Notes under the pieces: model-generated | The model's input: the letters and a program-made list of their open reading frames with translations, nothing else | What the model was told of the DNA's origin: nothing | Databases searched by the model: none | In this document: one piece after another, positions 35,488 to 47,321 of the stretch | Numbering within the stretch: the stretch's first letter is position 1 | Layout of the letters: each line of letters begins with the position of its first letter | Position numbers and translations under genes: made by a program | DNA from: Ascoidea asiatica JCM 7603 | Lineage: Eukaryota > Fungi > Ascomycota | Assembly (NCBI GenBank): GCA_001600695.1 | Contig: BCKQ01000004.1 | Coordinates: 1,188,391 to 1,252,390, forward strand | Direction of reading: 5' to 3' | DNA: 64,000 nucleotides

Positions 35488-37247
35488 ATGAATAAGTTAG
35501 TAATTTTTTTAATATTATCTCAATTAAATTTATTATTTGTAAATGGTTTTATTCATCCAGTTGCTGTTAAAGGTCGTCATTTTGTTGATACTGTAACTAA
35601 TGAACCTTTTTTCATAAAAGGTGTTGATTATCAACCTGGTGGTTCATCTGGTGTTAATATTGAAAAAGATCCATTAAGTGATGCTGATATTTGTACAAGA
35701 GATATAATTTTATTTCAAGAATTAGGTATTAATACAATTAGAGTTTATTCTGTTAATCCAGATTTAAATCATGATAAATGTATGACTTTATTAGCAATTG
35801 CAGGAATTTATTTGGTTTTAGATATTAATTCTCCTTTAGAAAGTCAACATTTGAATAGATATGAACCATGGACAACATATACTGATTCTTATTTAAATCA
35901 TGTATTTAAAGTTATTGATCAATTTTCAAGATTTAATAATACTTTAGGTTATTTTGCTGGTAATGAAATTATTAATGATAAAATTTCTGCAGAAGCTTCT
36001 CCAATTTATATTAAAAGAATTATTCATGATATGAAAGAATATATGATTAAAAATAATTTACGTAATGTACCAATTGGTTATTCTGCTGCTGATGATTTAT
36101 CTTATAGAACTTCATTATCAAAATATCTTGAATGTTCTTTAGATGGTTCAACTGATTATTCTGTGGATTTTTATGGTGTTAATTCTTATCAATGGTGTGG
36201 TAAACAAACTTTTTATACAAGTGGTTATAATATTTTAGTTGATGATTATCAAGATTTTACAAGACCTTTATTTTTCTCAGAATATGGTTGTAATGAAGTT
36301 AGACCAAGATTATTTGAAGAAACTCAAGCAATTTATTCTTCTGATATGTATAAAGTATTTTGTGGTGGTTTAGTTTATGAATTTACTCAAGGTGCAAATG
36401 ATTATGGTTTGGTTGAAATTGATGAATTAACTGGTTCTGTTCAAATTTTAGAAGATTTTTATGCTTTAAAAGATCAATTTTCAAAAATTCAATTACCAAC
36501 TTCAAAAGAAGTTTTTTCTAATTTTAATAAAGGTAAACTTGGTGCAAAAAATGTTTTAAATAGTAATAATAATAATAATAAATTTGAAAATCAATTTAGT
36601 AAAACTCCAGATTGTGAATTAAGTTATGATAATTTAAAAGTTGATGTTAAATTACCAATAACTATTGCTCAAACTTTAGTTGATTCTGGTGTTAAAGTTA
36701 AAAAAGGTAGTTTTGTACCTTTAACAGAAGATGAATTAACAACATCTTATTCAATTTATGGTTTTGATGGTAAACAATATCCAAAAGATAAATCAATTCA
36801 AATTACAACTCATCATCATCCAAAAGAAAATAATCAAAAAGATCTTAATGATATTAATTCTGTTAATAATAATATTAATAATCAAGTTGAATCTGATAAA
36901 ATTTCAAATTCTCAGCCAACAAAAAAAAAGTCTCGTGGACCTTTTAGTTTTTTATTCAAAAATTCAGGTAAGTCTTAACTTGCCTTGCTTTCCTTATATA
37001 TGAATAATATTAATATTGAAATTTAATCAATCAATCAATTAATTAATTTTTCATTATATAAAATAAATTATTAAATAAAACTTACTAACAAGTTTTTTTT
37101 TTCTTTCTTTCTTTCATTTTGATTTTTAATTCTATTTTGGATTTATAATTAGGTGATAGTATTTCTGGCAAAAAAAATATGAAAATGTATTTTATAAAAA
37201 TTATTGATTTTTATTTCCTAATTTTTGGATTTTTAACAATTTTTTGA
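35488..37247 (+). CDS. GAS4: GH72 beta-1,3-glucanosyltransferase Gas4; exons 35488-36967 and 37153-37247
   Basis: Signal peptide, KGVDYQPGGSS, QHLNRYEPW, catalytic AGNE and FSEYGCN, no X8 domain. Splicing adds GDSISGKKNMKMYFIKIIDFYFLIFGFLTIF*, a GPI-signal-like tail. Confidence 0.9.
36968..37152 (+). other. 3'-terminal spliceosomal intron of GAS4 (185 nt, phase 1)
   Basis: CAG|GTAAGT donor, exact TACTAAC at 37083-37089, long T/C tract, TTAG acceptor at 37152. Confidence 0.82.
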
Positions 37248-38223
37248 ATATTTTATTTATTTCTTTCACTGATCTTTAGATAAAATAATTTATTTCTCCC
37301 TCTTTTTTTATCTATTTATGTATTTAGCTATTAATTATTTTATTTAACTACTTATTCATAATTCGTTCTATCGTAGTATTTTACCCTAATAATTATAAAA
37401 AAAGGTTACCCTTTTGGCAAATCTGTCAAATTTTGAATATAAAACCCATTGAAAAGAATATTAAAAGTATTTCTCTTTCATTATATATTTAATAATAACT
37501 ATATTATATCAATTAGTAATAACAATATCTTTTTGGAATTACATCAGTTAACAGTATGTTTCTAGATATTATCTTAATCATATTTCAACTGAATTGTTAT
37601 TTCAATTTTACACCAGGCTTATAACTGGATGACTAGTGGTTTAATTCTGTCCCTTATTGTCTTTTAAGTGTCTGGAAAATTAAATTAAATAGAGACGAAT
37701 CTTACACGATATCTGTGCTTGATAATAATCTTTAGATTTTAATCATAATAAACTTGAATCGTTTACTTCTCTTTTACATTTTTATTCTACATTTTGATCC
37801 AAATTTTATTTATTTTTGTTACTCTTTTATTAAAGTAGTTTATCATCTATTCGTTATTTTCCTTATTGTTTGAAATTCCCTTCTTTTAATGAGATTATTA
37901 GAAATTAATATTATCTGCAAACGGTTTTATACCCGTGCTTTCTTTGCTTGTCGCCCCTTGAAAACAAAACATTTTACCCACTTCTACTTTTCAGAGAATG
38001 AAACCCCATTGAAATTTAACCGATCAAAGTGTATTTGAATAAATAAATTGATTGACTCTATCTAAATTTTATTGAATTTAATCATTTAAACTGTTAAGAC
38101 AAAGTTTCTTATAAAACATCCATCATTTATAATCAGACCAGTAGTTACTTTATATTCGCATTCAATCATATATCAATTTCAAAAGAACTAAATCAATTGA
38201 TCCATTGTATTAAAAACAAAATA

Positions 38224-41200
38224 ATGAATGGAGAATTAATTTCTCTTAATCGAAATATCAATAATTCTATTAACGACAATGACAAAAATAATAAATTCAA
38301 AATCACTTCGAATATGAGTGAAGATAATCGCAATTATGAAGTTCAAAGAAAACCATTAGATGAAATAAATAAATTCAAATTAATTAAAAATCATCAATTC
38401 AAATTCATAAAACCATATTGTATAAATTTATCAAAATTAACAATTCAAAAACCTGAAAATTACTTTAAAAATTCTTTGAATATTTCAAATTCATTAAATG
38501 AATTAAATTTAGCTTTAATCAATCTTAAAAATGAAAACTATTCTAATAAAATCATTGATGAGTCTCATAATAAAAATATTTTGAATATAAATGATTTTAT
38601 CAAAGGATTCAGCGATATAAATTTAAATGAAAATCAAATAAATGATGAACTTTCATTCAAATTGTTTTTAGATCCAAATTATATATTCTTACCAATAAAG
38701 TTTCTCTTACATCAACAGCCGAAATTATCTGATACCCAACTTGAAAAAATATTAAATATTCTAGAATTTTTATTTCTTTATTCAATTTGGTCAACTTATA
38801 CTCCAGAATCAATTTCTGAATCAAGTAAATTTTCAAATAAAGATTCAAATGATATCAATTTTTTCCCATTAATTATATACTTAACTTTTGATGCCATCAA
38901 AAATAATGAAGTTATTCAATATTCCGGTATAAAATGTTTATTTGGTCTTTTTAATTCGATTAACAATTATGAAATTTCATTATCTAAAAAACAAATAGAA
39001 AATAATTCTAATGAAAATATTATTGAAAACTCTGATTTATATTTCATTAATGTTAATAATAATCAAAACTTAATCCCCTTATCTAATTTAATCTTTAATT
39101 TATTAAATATAATAAAAGATGATGTTAAAAATGTTGATTTACAATTAATTTCATTAGATCTATTAAAATATCTTTATAAATATACTTTTCATCCAAATAT
39201 TCAAAATAATAATAATACAAATGAAAATTTATTAATGAAAATCTTACCAGGAAATCTTTCAATTTTAAATAAAATCTTATCAAGTAAAAACTTCAATCTA
39301 TATAATTCAAAAATTATTATAAACTCTTTAGATTTATTTCAATTATTATTAAACAACTCTTTTATAAATCTTGATTCAGAAACTAATCTTAAATTTGTGT
39401 TTGATCAAATTATAACAATAATAAAAAATTTCTCAGAAGTTTTAAAAACTTCGAAAAATTTTAAAATTCATTTAAATCTTTTACTATTTTTTGATAATAT
39501 TTTAAACCTCTTATTAAAAAACTCAGCTTTCACAAAAGATTTAATTCAATTAATTATTTCAATAACTATCTATATAATTTCAACTGAACAGTTTTCAAAT
39601 GATATCTCAATTGAGATGGAAAAGAAAATTAAAACTATTGGTAATGAAATTATAGTGAAAGTCTTAAATTCCAACAATAATTATGTTTTGAATACTTTTC
39701 AATTTCAAGTTTCAAGTTTAACAGATATTTTACATTCTTCAGATCAAGATAAAATTAAAAATTCTTTAAATTCTTTATCTTTTTTCATTGACATTACTCC
39801 AACTTTATTAAATAATAAAAAATTTAACCTAAACAATAAGTTCATAATTCCACATACTGATATTCTTCAATTAGTGGAAAATAGTAAAAATAATAATACA
39901 AAAGAAATTAAAAAAATATTAAATACAAGTAAAGATATTCAAGTATTCAAGCAGGACTTTAATGCTTCTATTTCTAATATACTTGATATAATAAGTAATG
40001 AAATATCAAATTTAATAATATCTCATGAAAATAATTCAAAAAGAAATGAATCAAAAGTAAAAGTAGTCAATTCCTCTTATTATGGATCAGATTTACTTTT
40101 AATTTCAAAACAAACTTTATCTGCTTCTGAATCAACAAAGGAGTATGAAAATGAAAATAATCAATTAAAAATCGCTTTTAATCAAAAACTAATTGAATTA
40201 AGTGAAGAAATACCGAATTTGTTCAGTTTCACTTATGATAAAAATGCTGAAGCATCAGTAACAAATTTACTAGAGTCAATTGGTGCATCTGAATTGGGAA
40301 TTGAATCAGCTAATAATTTGTTGTTAACAATTGGTAATTCTCCATTGAATAAATCGGTTTCTTTATGGATATTAAATTATTTAATTCAAGGAGCATTGAA
40401 AACTTTTCCAGAAAAATCCAATTTTGAAACTGAGTTTGATAATGATATTTCAAGGGAAATCAAAGAAATCAAAAATGATAAAAGTTTCAATGATTTATTT
40501 GATGAATTTATTGATACCAGTGATTTAGTGGATTCTTCAAATAATAATAATAGTTATAATACTATAGCTTTTTTTGAAGAAAATAAAAGAGAAAAATGGG
40601 GTGAAATAGTTTTACAAGTTTTGGAAATAAATAAAGATTTATTTGAAGAAATTTCAACTTTAGAACCATCTTCTGAACTTGAATTCATAAGCTCTATATC
40701 TTTAGATACTATTTTAACTGCATGTGAATTTTTGGGTGAAGCATTTCAATTAGAATTGCTTGAAAATCTTTTCCCAGTGATTGATGGATTAGCTTCAACA
40801 TCTGAGATTATTAGAAATCATGCACAAAGAGCAGCTTTAATAATTTCCAAGACATGTTATAATTATTCTATTCATGATTTAATTTTTAATAATTGTGATT
40901 ATTTATTGGATGCTGTAAGTATAAGATTAACTGCTTCAACTATAACTCCTAGAACCGCAGCAATATTAATGGTTTTAATAAAAATTGGTGGAATTGAATT
41001 ATTACCTTTATTAGATGATGTAATAAATGCAGTTTTTGTTTTATTAGATTTTTATCATGGATATTCAATTTTATGTCAAGGATTTTTTATTGCATTTGAA
41101 GCTATACTTGATGAAATATATAAAGCATATTTAAAAACATACGATTTTGAATTATATTTTTCAAAACTTAATGATGAAGTAAATGAATTAACAAAACCAT

Positions 41201-42093
41201 GGGGAATGAAAAATATTAATCAAGTTTTAGAATTGGTTAAAGATCAAAAATTAATTCCAAATTATGATGATTTAAATAAGAAAATGAAAAAATATGGAAA
41301 AAATAATTTCAATAAGCCAGTTAGTAAAATTGAAGAGTTAAGTAATAGTGAAGGTGACAGTGATGATGACAGCGATGATGAAAGTGATGATGAGGATAAA
41401 AAAAATCATAATATCAAGGATGACGAGAACAAATACGAAGGCGATGTTGATAATAAAAATGATAAAAATGATGAAGAAGAATGGGAATCACCAATACCGA
41501 AACAATTATATTTATTAGTTCAACAAATATGCTCATATAGTTCAAGATTATTTCATCATCCATCAATTCGATTAAGAGTTCAAATTTTAAGAATATTAAA
41601 TAATATAATTCCAATATTATCCACAGAAAGAAAAGAATTATTACCAGTATTGGCAAATATATGGGAATTAGTTTTATCATCATGTTTAGAAAAAGATTTA
41701 AGAATTAGAATAAATGGATTAAATTTAGCACAAACAATGTTTAAATTTGGAGGTACATTTATGAGTTTACAATATTTAAAATTTTGGGAAAATTTAAGTA
41801 AGAATTTATTAATTTCAAAAAAAACAAAAATTAATGAAATTAAACAAGATAAATCAGATCCTGTATTTAAAAGAGCAATAATTTTACCAGGTATTGATAT
41901 GAAATGTCATGAGATTTTAATTGAAACATTATTAATTGGATTAAAAAGTAGTGGAGTTTCATTAAATAATAAAATTATTGAAGAAATTGTATTTTATACA
42001 TCAAGATTTATAAAAATTGAAGATATTGAGAATAAATATGGAGAATTTTCAGATATTGCATGGTATATGAAAACAGAAGAATTTAATAAATAA
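38224..42093 (+). CDS. TTI1: TEL2-interacting protein 1 (TTT complex HEAT-repeat protein)
   Basis: KILPGNLSIL, LFPVIDGLAS, NCDYLLDAVSIRL, LLDFYHGY, LLPVLANIW. The track start at 38197 is TTG; first ATG is 38224, alternative 38314. Confidence 0.82.
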   Translation: MNGELISLNRNINNSINDNDKNNKFKITSNMSEDNRNYEVQRKPLDEINKFKLIKNHQFKFIKPYCINLSKLTIQKPENYFKNSLNISNSLNELNLALINLKNENYSNKIIDESHNKNILNINDFIKGFSDINLNENQINDELSFKLFLDPNYIFLPIKFLLHQQPKLSDTQLEKILNILEFLFLYSIWSTYTPESISESSKFSNKDSNDINFFPLIIYLTFDAIKNNEVIQYSGIKCLFGLFNSINNYEISLSKKQIENNSNENIIENSDLYFINVNNNQNLIPLSNLIFNLLNIIKDDVKNVDLQLISLDLLKYLYKYTFHPNIQNNNNTNENLLMKILPGNLSILNKILSSKNFNLYNSKIIINSLDLFQLLLNNSFINLDSETNLKFVFDQIITIIKNFSEVLKTSKNFKIHLNLLLFFDNILNLLLKNSAFTKDLIQLIISITIYIISTEQFSNDISIEMEKKIKTIGNEIIVKVLNSNNNYVLNTFQFQVSSLTDILHSSDQDKIKNSLNSLSFFIDITPTLLNNKKFNLNNKFIIPHTDILQLVENSKNNNTKEIKKILNTSKDIQVFKQDFNASISNILDIISNEISNLIISHENNSKRNESKVKVVNSSYYGSDLLLISKQTLSASESTKEYENENNQLKIAFNQKLIELSEEIPNLFSFTYDKNAEASVTNLLESIGASELGIESANNLLLTIGNSPLNKSVSLWILNYLIQGALKTFPEKSNFETEFDNDISREIKEIKNDKSFNDLFDEFIDTSDLVDSSNNNNSYNTIAFFEENKREKWGEIVLQVLEINKDLFEEISTLEPSSELEFISSISLDTILTACEFLGEAFQLELLENLFPVIDGLASTSEIIRNHAQRAALIISKTCYNYSIHDLIFNNCDYLLDAVSIRLTASTITPRTAAILMVLIKIGGIELLPLLDDVINAVFVLLDFYHGYSILCQGFFIAFEAILDEIYKAYLKTYDFELYFSKLNDEVNELTKPWGMKNINQVLELVKDQKLIPNYDDLNKKMKKYGKNNFNKPVSKIEELSNSEGDSDDDSDDESDDEDKKNHNIKDDENKYEGDVDNKNDKNDEEEWESPIPKQLYLLVQQICSYSSRLFHHPSIRLRVQILRILNNIIPILSTERKELLPVLANIWELVLSSCLEKDLRIRINGLNLAQTMFKFGGTFMSLQYLKFWENLSKNLLISKKTKINEIKQDKSDPVFKRAIILPGIDMKCHEILIETLLIGLKSSGVSLNNKIIEEIVFYTSRFIKIEDIENKYGEFSDIAWYMKTEEFNK

Positions 42094-42282
42094 GATCAAT
42101 AATATAAATTTATTATATATTTATAAGTATTTATAATTGAATAAGTAAATAATTAAATGATTAAATAATTAAATAATTAAACAATTAAATAATTAAATAA
42201 TTAAATGAAATAGATAAAAAAATTATATTAAAAGATCTTAAATTGAATAAAATTAAAGAAAATTTTAAGATTAACATTAAAT

Positions 42283-43182
42283 TTAATGAGAAGCTTTGAA
42301 ATCTGCAATTTTTTTCTCAATTCTTTCTTGTCTTTGTTCTTTTGTAAGTTTAACATCTCTGTATTTTTTAGATTCAGCAGCATATTCAGCTTTTGTATGT
42401 TTTTTAACAGTTGGTTTAAAAACAGGATTTTCTCTAATTGCAGCATGAGCATCAGCATAAATATCTTCAATTGCATCAGCATCAATATCATCAGCAATAT
42501 AATTTTTAAAGATTTGTCTATATCTTTCTTCATCATCATCAGCTAATTCTTCCATATATTCAGAAATATGACCACCATAAATATATTTTCTTAAAGTTTC
42601 AGCATCTAATTCTTCAGCTTCAAAATCCCAACCTGGGAATCTATTTTCAGAATGAGGAATGTATAAACCACCATCAGAAGCACCTTTTAAACAACCAAAG
42701 ATTTTTGCACCAGTTGTAGTTCTTTGTAAACCAATATCTAAGAAAACTTTAAATGGTCTTGGACCATCTTCAACAGCTTGAGTTAATTCATATTCACCTT
42801 CAACTTCTTCAACACCAGGATAAGTTTCATCTAAACCTAATTTAGTTAAAGCTCTTCTTGCGACTAATAAACCAGTTGCATAAGCAGCAGACCAATTTGT
42901 TAAACCATATTTAATACCATATTTTGGTAATTCATGAGAATAAGCAGCACATAAAACAATATCACCAGTAATTAAAGAAGAAATAATTTGACAAATAATA
43001 TCTTTTTTTGTAAATCTTACAACTAATCTATATTTTGGAGTATTATATTTTGCTTTATGTTGAGTAACTAATCTCTTTCTTTGATAATAATCAGTTTTAC
43101 CTTCTCTTCTTCTACGAAATGGAGTTTGAAATCTTGAATAATATGGAGAGCTTTTAACAGCTGTACTTTTATCGAAAGCCAT
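42283..43182 (-). CDS. RPL5: 60S ribosomal protein L5 (uL18)
   Basis: SRFQTPFRRRREGKTDYYQRKRL, AAYSHELP, GASDGGLYIPHSENRFPG. Confidence 0.99.
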   Translation of the reverse strand: MAFDKSTAVKSSPYYSRFQTPFRRRREGKTDYYQRKRLVTQHKAKYNTPKYRLVVRFTKKDIICQIISSLITGDIVLCAAYSHELPKYGIKYGLTNWSAAYATGLLVARRALTKLGLDETYPGVEEVEGEYELTQAVEDGPRPFKVFLDIGLQRTTTGAKIFGCLKGASDGGLYIPHSENRFPGWDFEAEELDAETLRKYIYGGHISEYMEELADDDEERYRQIFKNYIADDIDADAIEDIYADAHAAIRENPVFKPTVKKHTKAEYAAESKKYRDVKLTKEQRQERIEKKIADFKASH

Positions 43183-44896
43183 TTTTTGATTATGATTAGA
43201 TCAGATAATTAATTATTAATTAATGGTTTAAAAGATTACTCTTTAATTTTTTTATCTTTATTTTTATTGTTTAAATCTTACTAACGTTACAGTACTGACT
43301 TTGATTTAAAATTTTAAAAGATTTATGAATTATGAATTCAATAATTGATTATTTAAAATTTTGATGATGAAAAATTGAAATTATTATTGAAAATTGAATA
43401 AACCTGAAAAATTAAAGGGAGTAAGTCATGTGATATGTATATTTTAGTAATAGTTAAGAGTTTTAATAATGAAGCTCTCGTTAAAATGTGCTTAAAGTAT
43501 TGTTTTGCGTTGTTTTTGATAATTTACTAAGGTTTTATGGTGATGGAATTCAAAATAAACACATAATTGAGGTTTTGCGTTGCGTTGATGATTAAAATTA
43601 ACAAAAAATTGACAAACTTCAAGAAAAATAAGAAGTCATGTGATATACTTTTGATTTTTGAGACCGCATTTTGTTTAAAATATAATATTAATAGCCCTAT
43701 GTATTTACATGTGACCTATATATTTAGAGGGCATTATTTTTTATTTGACTCGGCAAGAATTGAACTGGAACTGAAGTCGATTTGAAGTGGATTTGAAGTG
43801 GATTTGATCTGATTTGATCTGATTTGTTGTTTGTTTGTTTATTTGTCTGTTTGTTTGTTGTTAAATCGAAGTGATGGGTGACTGGCCAATCAAGAGACAG
43901 ATCTCGATAAGAATAACAGTAGTTTTTAGCTTCATGGCTTTAAGCTTGTAGATAAGATAAGCTTATCTAAACAAGAGTTAACTACGCAATAAATGTTTAA
44001 TAGTGTTTAATTCATTTCGATTATGATCCTCCTCGTATCCTTTTAAATAAACCGGAAGAGATATTTAATATATAAATAAAATATTTGATAGAGTAATTTA
44101 ATAATGGAATAATGGAATAAAGAATTCTATTTACTTTACTTCTAGGAAAATATAGGATAGAATATCAATATCATTAAAAAACATGTGCTTGTTCAGCCGT
44201 ATGTTAAAGTAATAAAACGTTTTTTTTTTTTTTTTTTTTTTTTCATTTCAATGGTGGTAATATTATTGAATTTTTAAAAGAATATATTTTTAGTAAATAA
44301 GAAAATGGTTAAATGATTCTATCATATTCTAACTTTGAGGAAATAAAAAGAACTTGACATATTCTTTACTGTTTGTTTCTTGTTTATCATTCTTTTGTAT
44401 TGTAAATTAGTACCTTTATTGTGTTTTTATCACTCAAATAAGCCCGAAAAAGAATATTATATTTACTAATTATTCATTATAAGAGAATTGAATAATTCAT
44501 AATAATATTAATAGTAATATATTAATATTAATATTATATATTTATTACGTCAAAGGAAAATCAATGGAAAATTATAATTTAGTAAGTAAACTAAAGGTTA
44601 AATGGACACCCGAAATTGAGCGAAATTTGAAAATAATCCGACAACAATTAGAGAATTATTAGCAAATACTTCTGATATTACGTAATCAGAAGAGAAATTA
44701 ACAGAATTTATTTATTACTTTTACCGAACCGGTTCTCGTAGAGAAATACGTTAAATTCCGGTTTGGTGGGTGCCATTTAGTGGAGGTTGGGTTTTTTTTG
44801 AGCCTTATTGAGTTCCGGAGATACGGCATAGCATAAGAGAAAGACCGGTGGTACAGTCGTACGGTGGTAAGGTCGTGGCACGATACATTCTTTTTT

Positions 44897-44913
44897 TTAC
44901 CTATTTTGGGAAA
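44897..44913. promoter_or_regulatory. Mcm1/CArG-type site TTACCTATTTTGGGAAA
   Basis: CC(A/T)6GG core with TT/AA flanks inside a GC island. Confidence 0.4.
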
Positions 44914-46317
44914 TTTAGCAGACGCCAGCGGACTAAAATAAGTAACACGACACATTTCCAATTCTGGAATATTGTTTTGATTTTATTTCAATGTTACAGG
45001 GAAGACCCTTTTTGTGGTGTGAGTTCGTAAAACACCTACAATTTGAAATTAAAATAAATAAATATGCGGGACAATGTGTATTTAAAACTATTGTAAGCGG
45101 GTTATGTCTTATCCGTTACCACCCCTGTGGGTTGTCTTGACTTTGCCTGTTACAAAGCTGTCAATTAATAATATACTCGGAATCCGATAACTACTAGTAA
45201 TTGGTTGAATTAAATTTAGTCGAGAAAATGAAAAATTTATCAGAAGAAATTTGATTTTAGTTTCAATTTTAGTTTTTTTCTTAGTTTTATTTTGTGCACA
45301 GATCAGATTTTATCAGATCTTAGAATTGTTGACGGTAGAAAGATAGGAAGATAATTAATTCAACAAATTCAACAAAAAGATTATCTTTTAGTCATCAACT
45401 TAGTGAGGGAAAGTGATGAAGGTAACCTTGTGTCCTGTGTTTCTCGTTCCCCTCTTTCCTAATCGAGAACGAAATCTATTAAATAGAGAATAACTTCAAT
45501 CAAATGAAATTAGTCTTCATTTCAATCAAATACAAGAAAAAAGTGAAGAGATTGTTATTAAATGAGAAAGATATTCACTCTACTTTAATCTCATTTATTT
45601 AACCTGGTGAAATTATTTATTGACTTCTGAAGAAAATATTGTTTTTTCTCGGGTTTCAACAAGAAATTTCCCATACTTTTTTTCTTGTTTGTTTATTTTT
45701 TACATTTGTACGTATCATTTTGATTTTGTATTGGTTAAACTTGTTATTAAAAAATGATAATCTACACAATAAATAGCAAACAATAAACAATAAACAAAAA
45801 ACAATAATTAACAAACAAAAATAATAAACAATAAAATAATCCAATGGAATTGATTTAAACAATCAAAATAATAAAGATATAAATATAAGAATTATTATCA
45901 GAAGATGAAGAATAACTATCAATTAGAATAATCTATTACCAGTTGATCCATTGTACCTAAGATTATTATGGATCCAAAGATTAAACCAACAACCATTAAG
46001 AAGGTGACCCGTAGCGGTACAGGACCGAAGGACTGATTACGGGAATTGGCAACTTCAGAAATGGGACAACAGGAAACGTTCAAATCTGTCTGATTGCTGT
46101 CTTTTTGCAGTGCAGGACTTTTTCTTCATCAAATATATTTTATGCCTGTAAACTGCAAAAGCCCATCGGAATTTGCCCAATGAATTTATGTAATCGGAAA
46201 TGGCCGCAAGAAAGCGGAAATAGTTATTTAAATGTCATAGCAACTTCTTCCCCGATATAATTGTCAGTGTCAGCTGACACTTTTTGTTTGCTAACACACT
46301 CCCGTAAGCTTCCCAAT

Positions 46318-46324
46318 CGGGTAA
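46318..46324. promoter_or_regulatory. Reb1-type site CGGGTAA (also CCGGGTAA at 49876-49883 and 54249-54256)
   Basis: TTACCCG consensus recurs in three separate upstream GC islands (MAE1, PIR, DLD1). Confidence 0.5.
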
Positions 46325-47321
46325 CGTTGCGAGCCCACCTCATGGGGCGCATCCTGGAACTACTAAAGCCAAGCTCTGTGCAGTGTTTAACTAGGATATT
46401 TCGAGGTCGGGGAAGCTTCCGGTCGTAAAGGCTTCCGGTCTGAACAGTCGGAGGTGTCGCTTGTGGACCACCCACACCCCCCTGCCATTGCATCGAGGCA
46501 GATAAAGTTGGCTACACCGCCGCAGATGAGGCGCGTGAGCCCTGCGTTGGCTCTTGCTGGCTTGGTCTGGCTCCCGAGATTGACCGCGTTGCCACTTTAT
46601 TCTCTGGGTGTTTTTCTTGACAGCTGCGGTAACGGCAGGCTCCGAACGGGATCTTTTAGCTTTCTTTCTTACTTTCTTACCTTCTTGCTTTTTAACTTTT
46701 TAACCTTTTAGTGTAATTTTTGTAATTGGAACTGAAACAAAAACAAAAAAAAATTAAAATTTTCAATCTCGATCCAAAGAATAGGCTCTGTAATAGGCTA
46801 TCAATAACTATTAACTAATAACTAATAACTAATAACTAATAACTAAACCTCCTACAATTTCCATCAATTATGAAATTAACTATGTAAATAAAAAAAAAAT
46901 ATATGAAAAAAAGACTATGAAAATATTCAATTATTCCATTACTCTATCAATTCTCTCAATCTCTTTATTATTGGCTCTCTTTAGTTTACTTCAACTTTCT
47001 TTTTTTTCTCTTTTTTCTCTCTTTTGAAAAAGAAATCATACCAATATCAATATTGTATTCTTAAATTGCTTATATTTTTTATATTTTTATTATATTATAA
47101 ATATATCCATTTATTCCTTATTTATTTATTCTTCAATTCATTATTTTATTAATTTATCAATTTATTAATTTATTACTTTATTATATTATCAAACTTATAT
47201 CGTATTATAATCTTTAATTAATTACTTACTTAATTACATTCACACTTCACTTTTAATTTACTCAATCTTATCAATAATAATACTAATAATATAATAATAT
47301 AATAAATAATTATAATTAAAA

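Noticed and set aside
37627-37700. GGATGACTAGTGGTTTA resembling a tRNA D-arm
   Set aside because: No T-arm (GTTCRA) or acceptor stem follows.
43279-43426. Plus-strand TACTAAC..CAG and GTAAGT upstream of RPL5
   Set aside because: Antisense to RPL5 and the enclosed segment has stops in all frames.
44492-44662. Short frame YYVKGKSMENYNLVSKLKVKWTPEIERNLK faintly like Ty3/gypsy pol motifs
   Set aside because: Under 60 codons, motif order does not fit, no LTR or other pol remnants.
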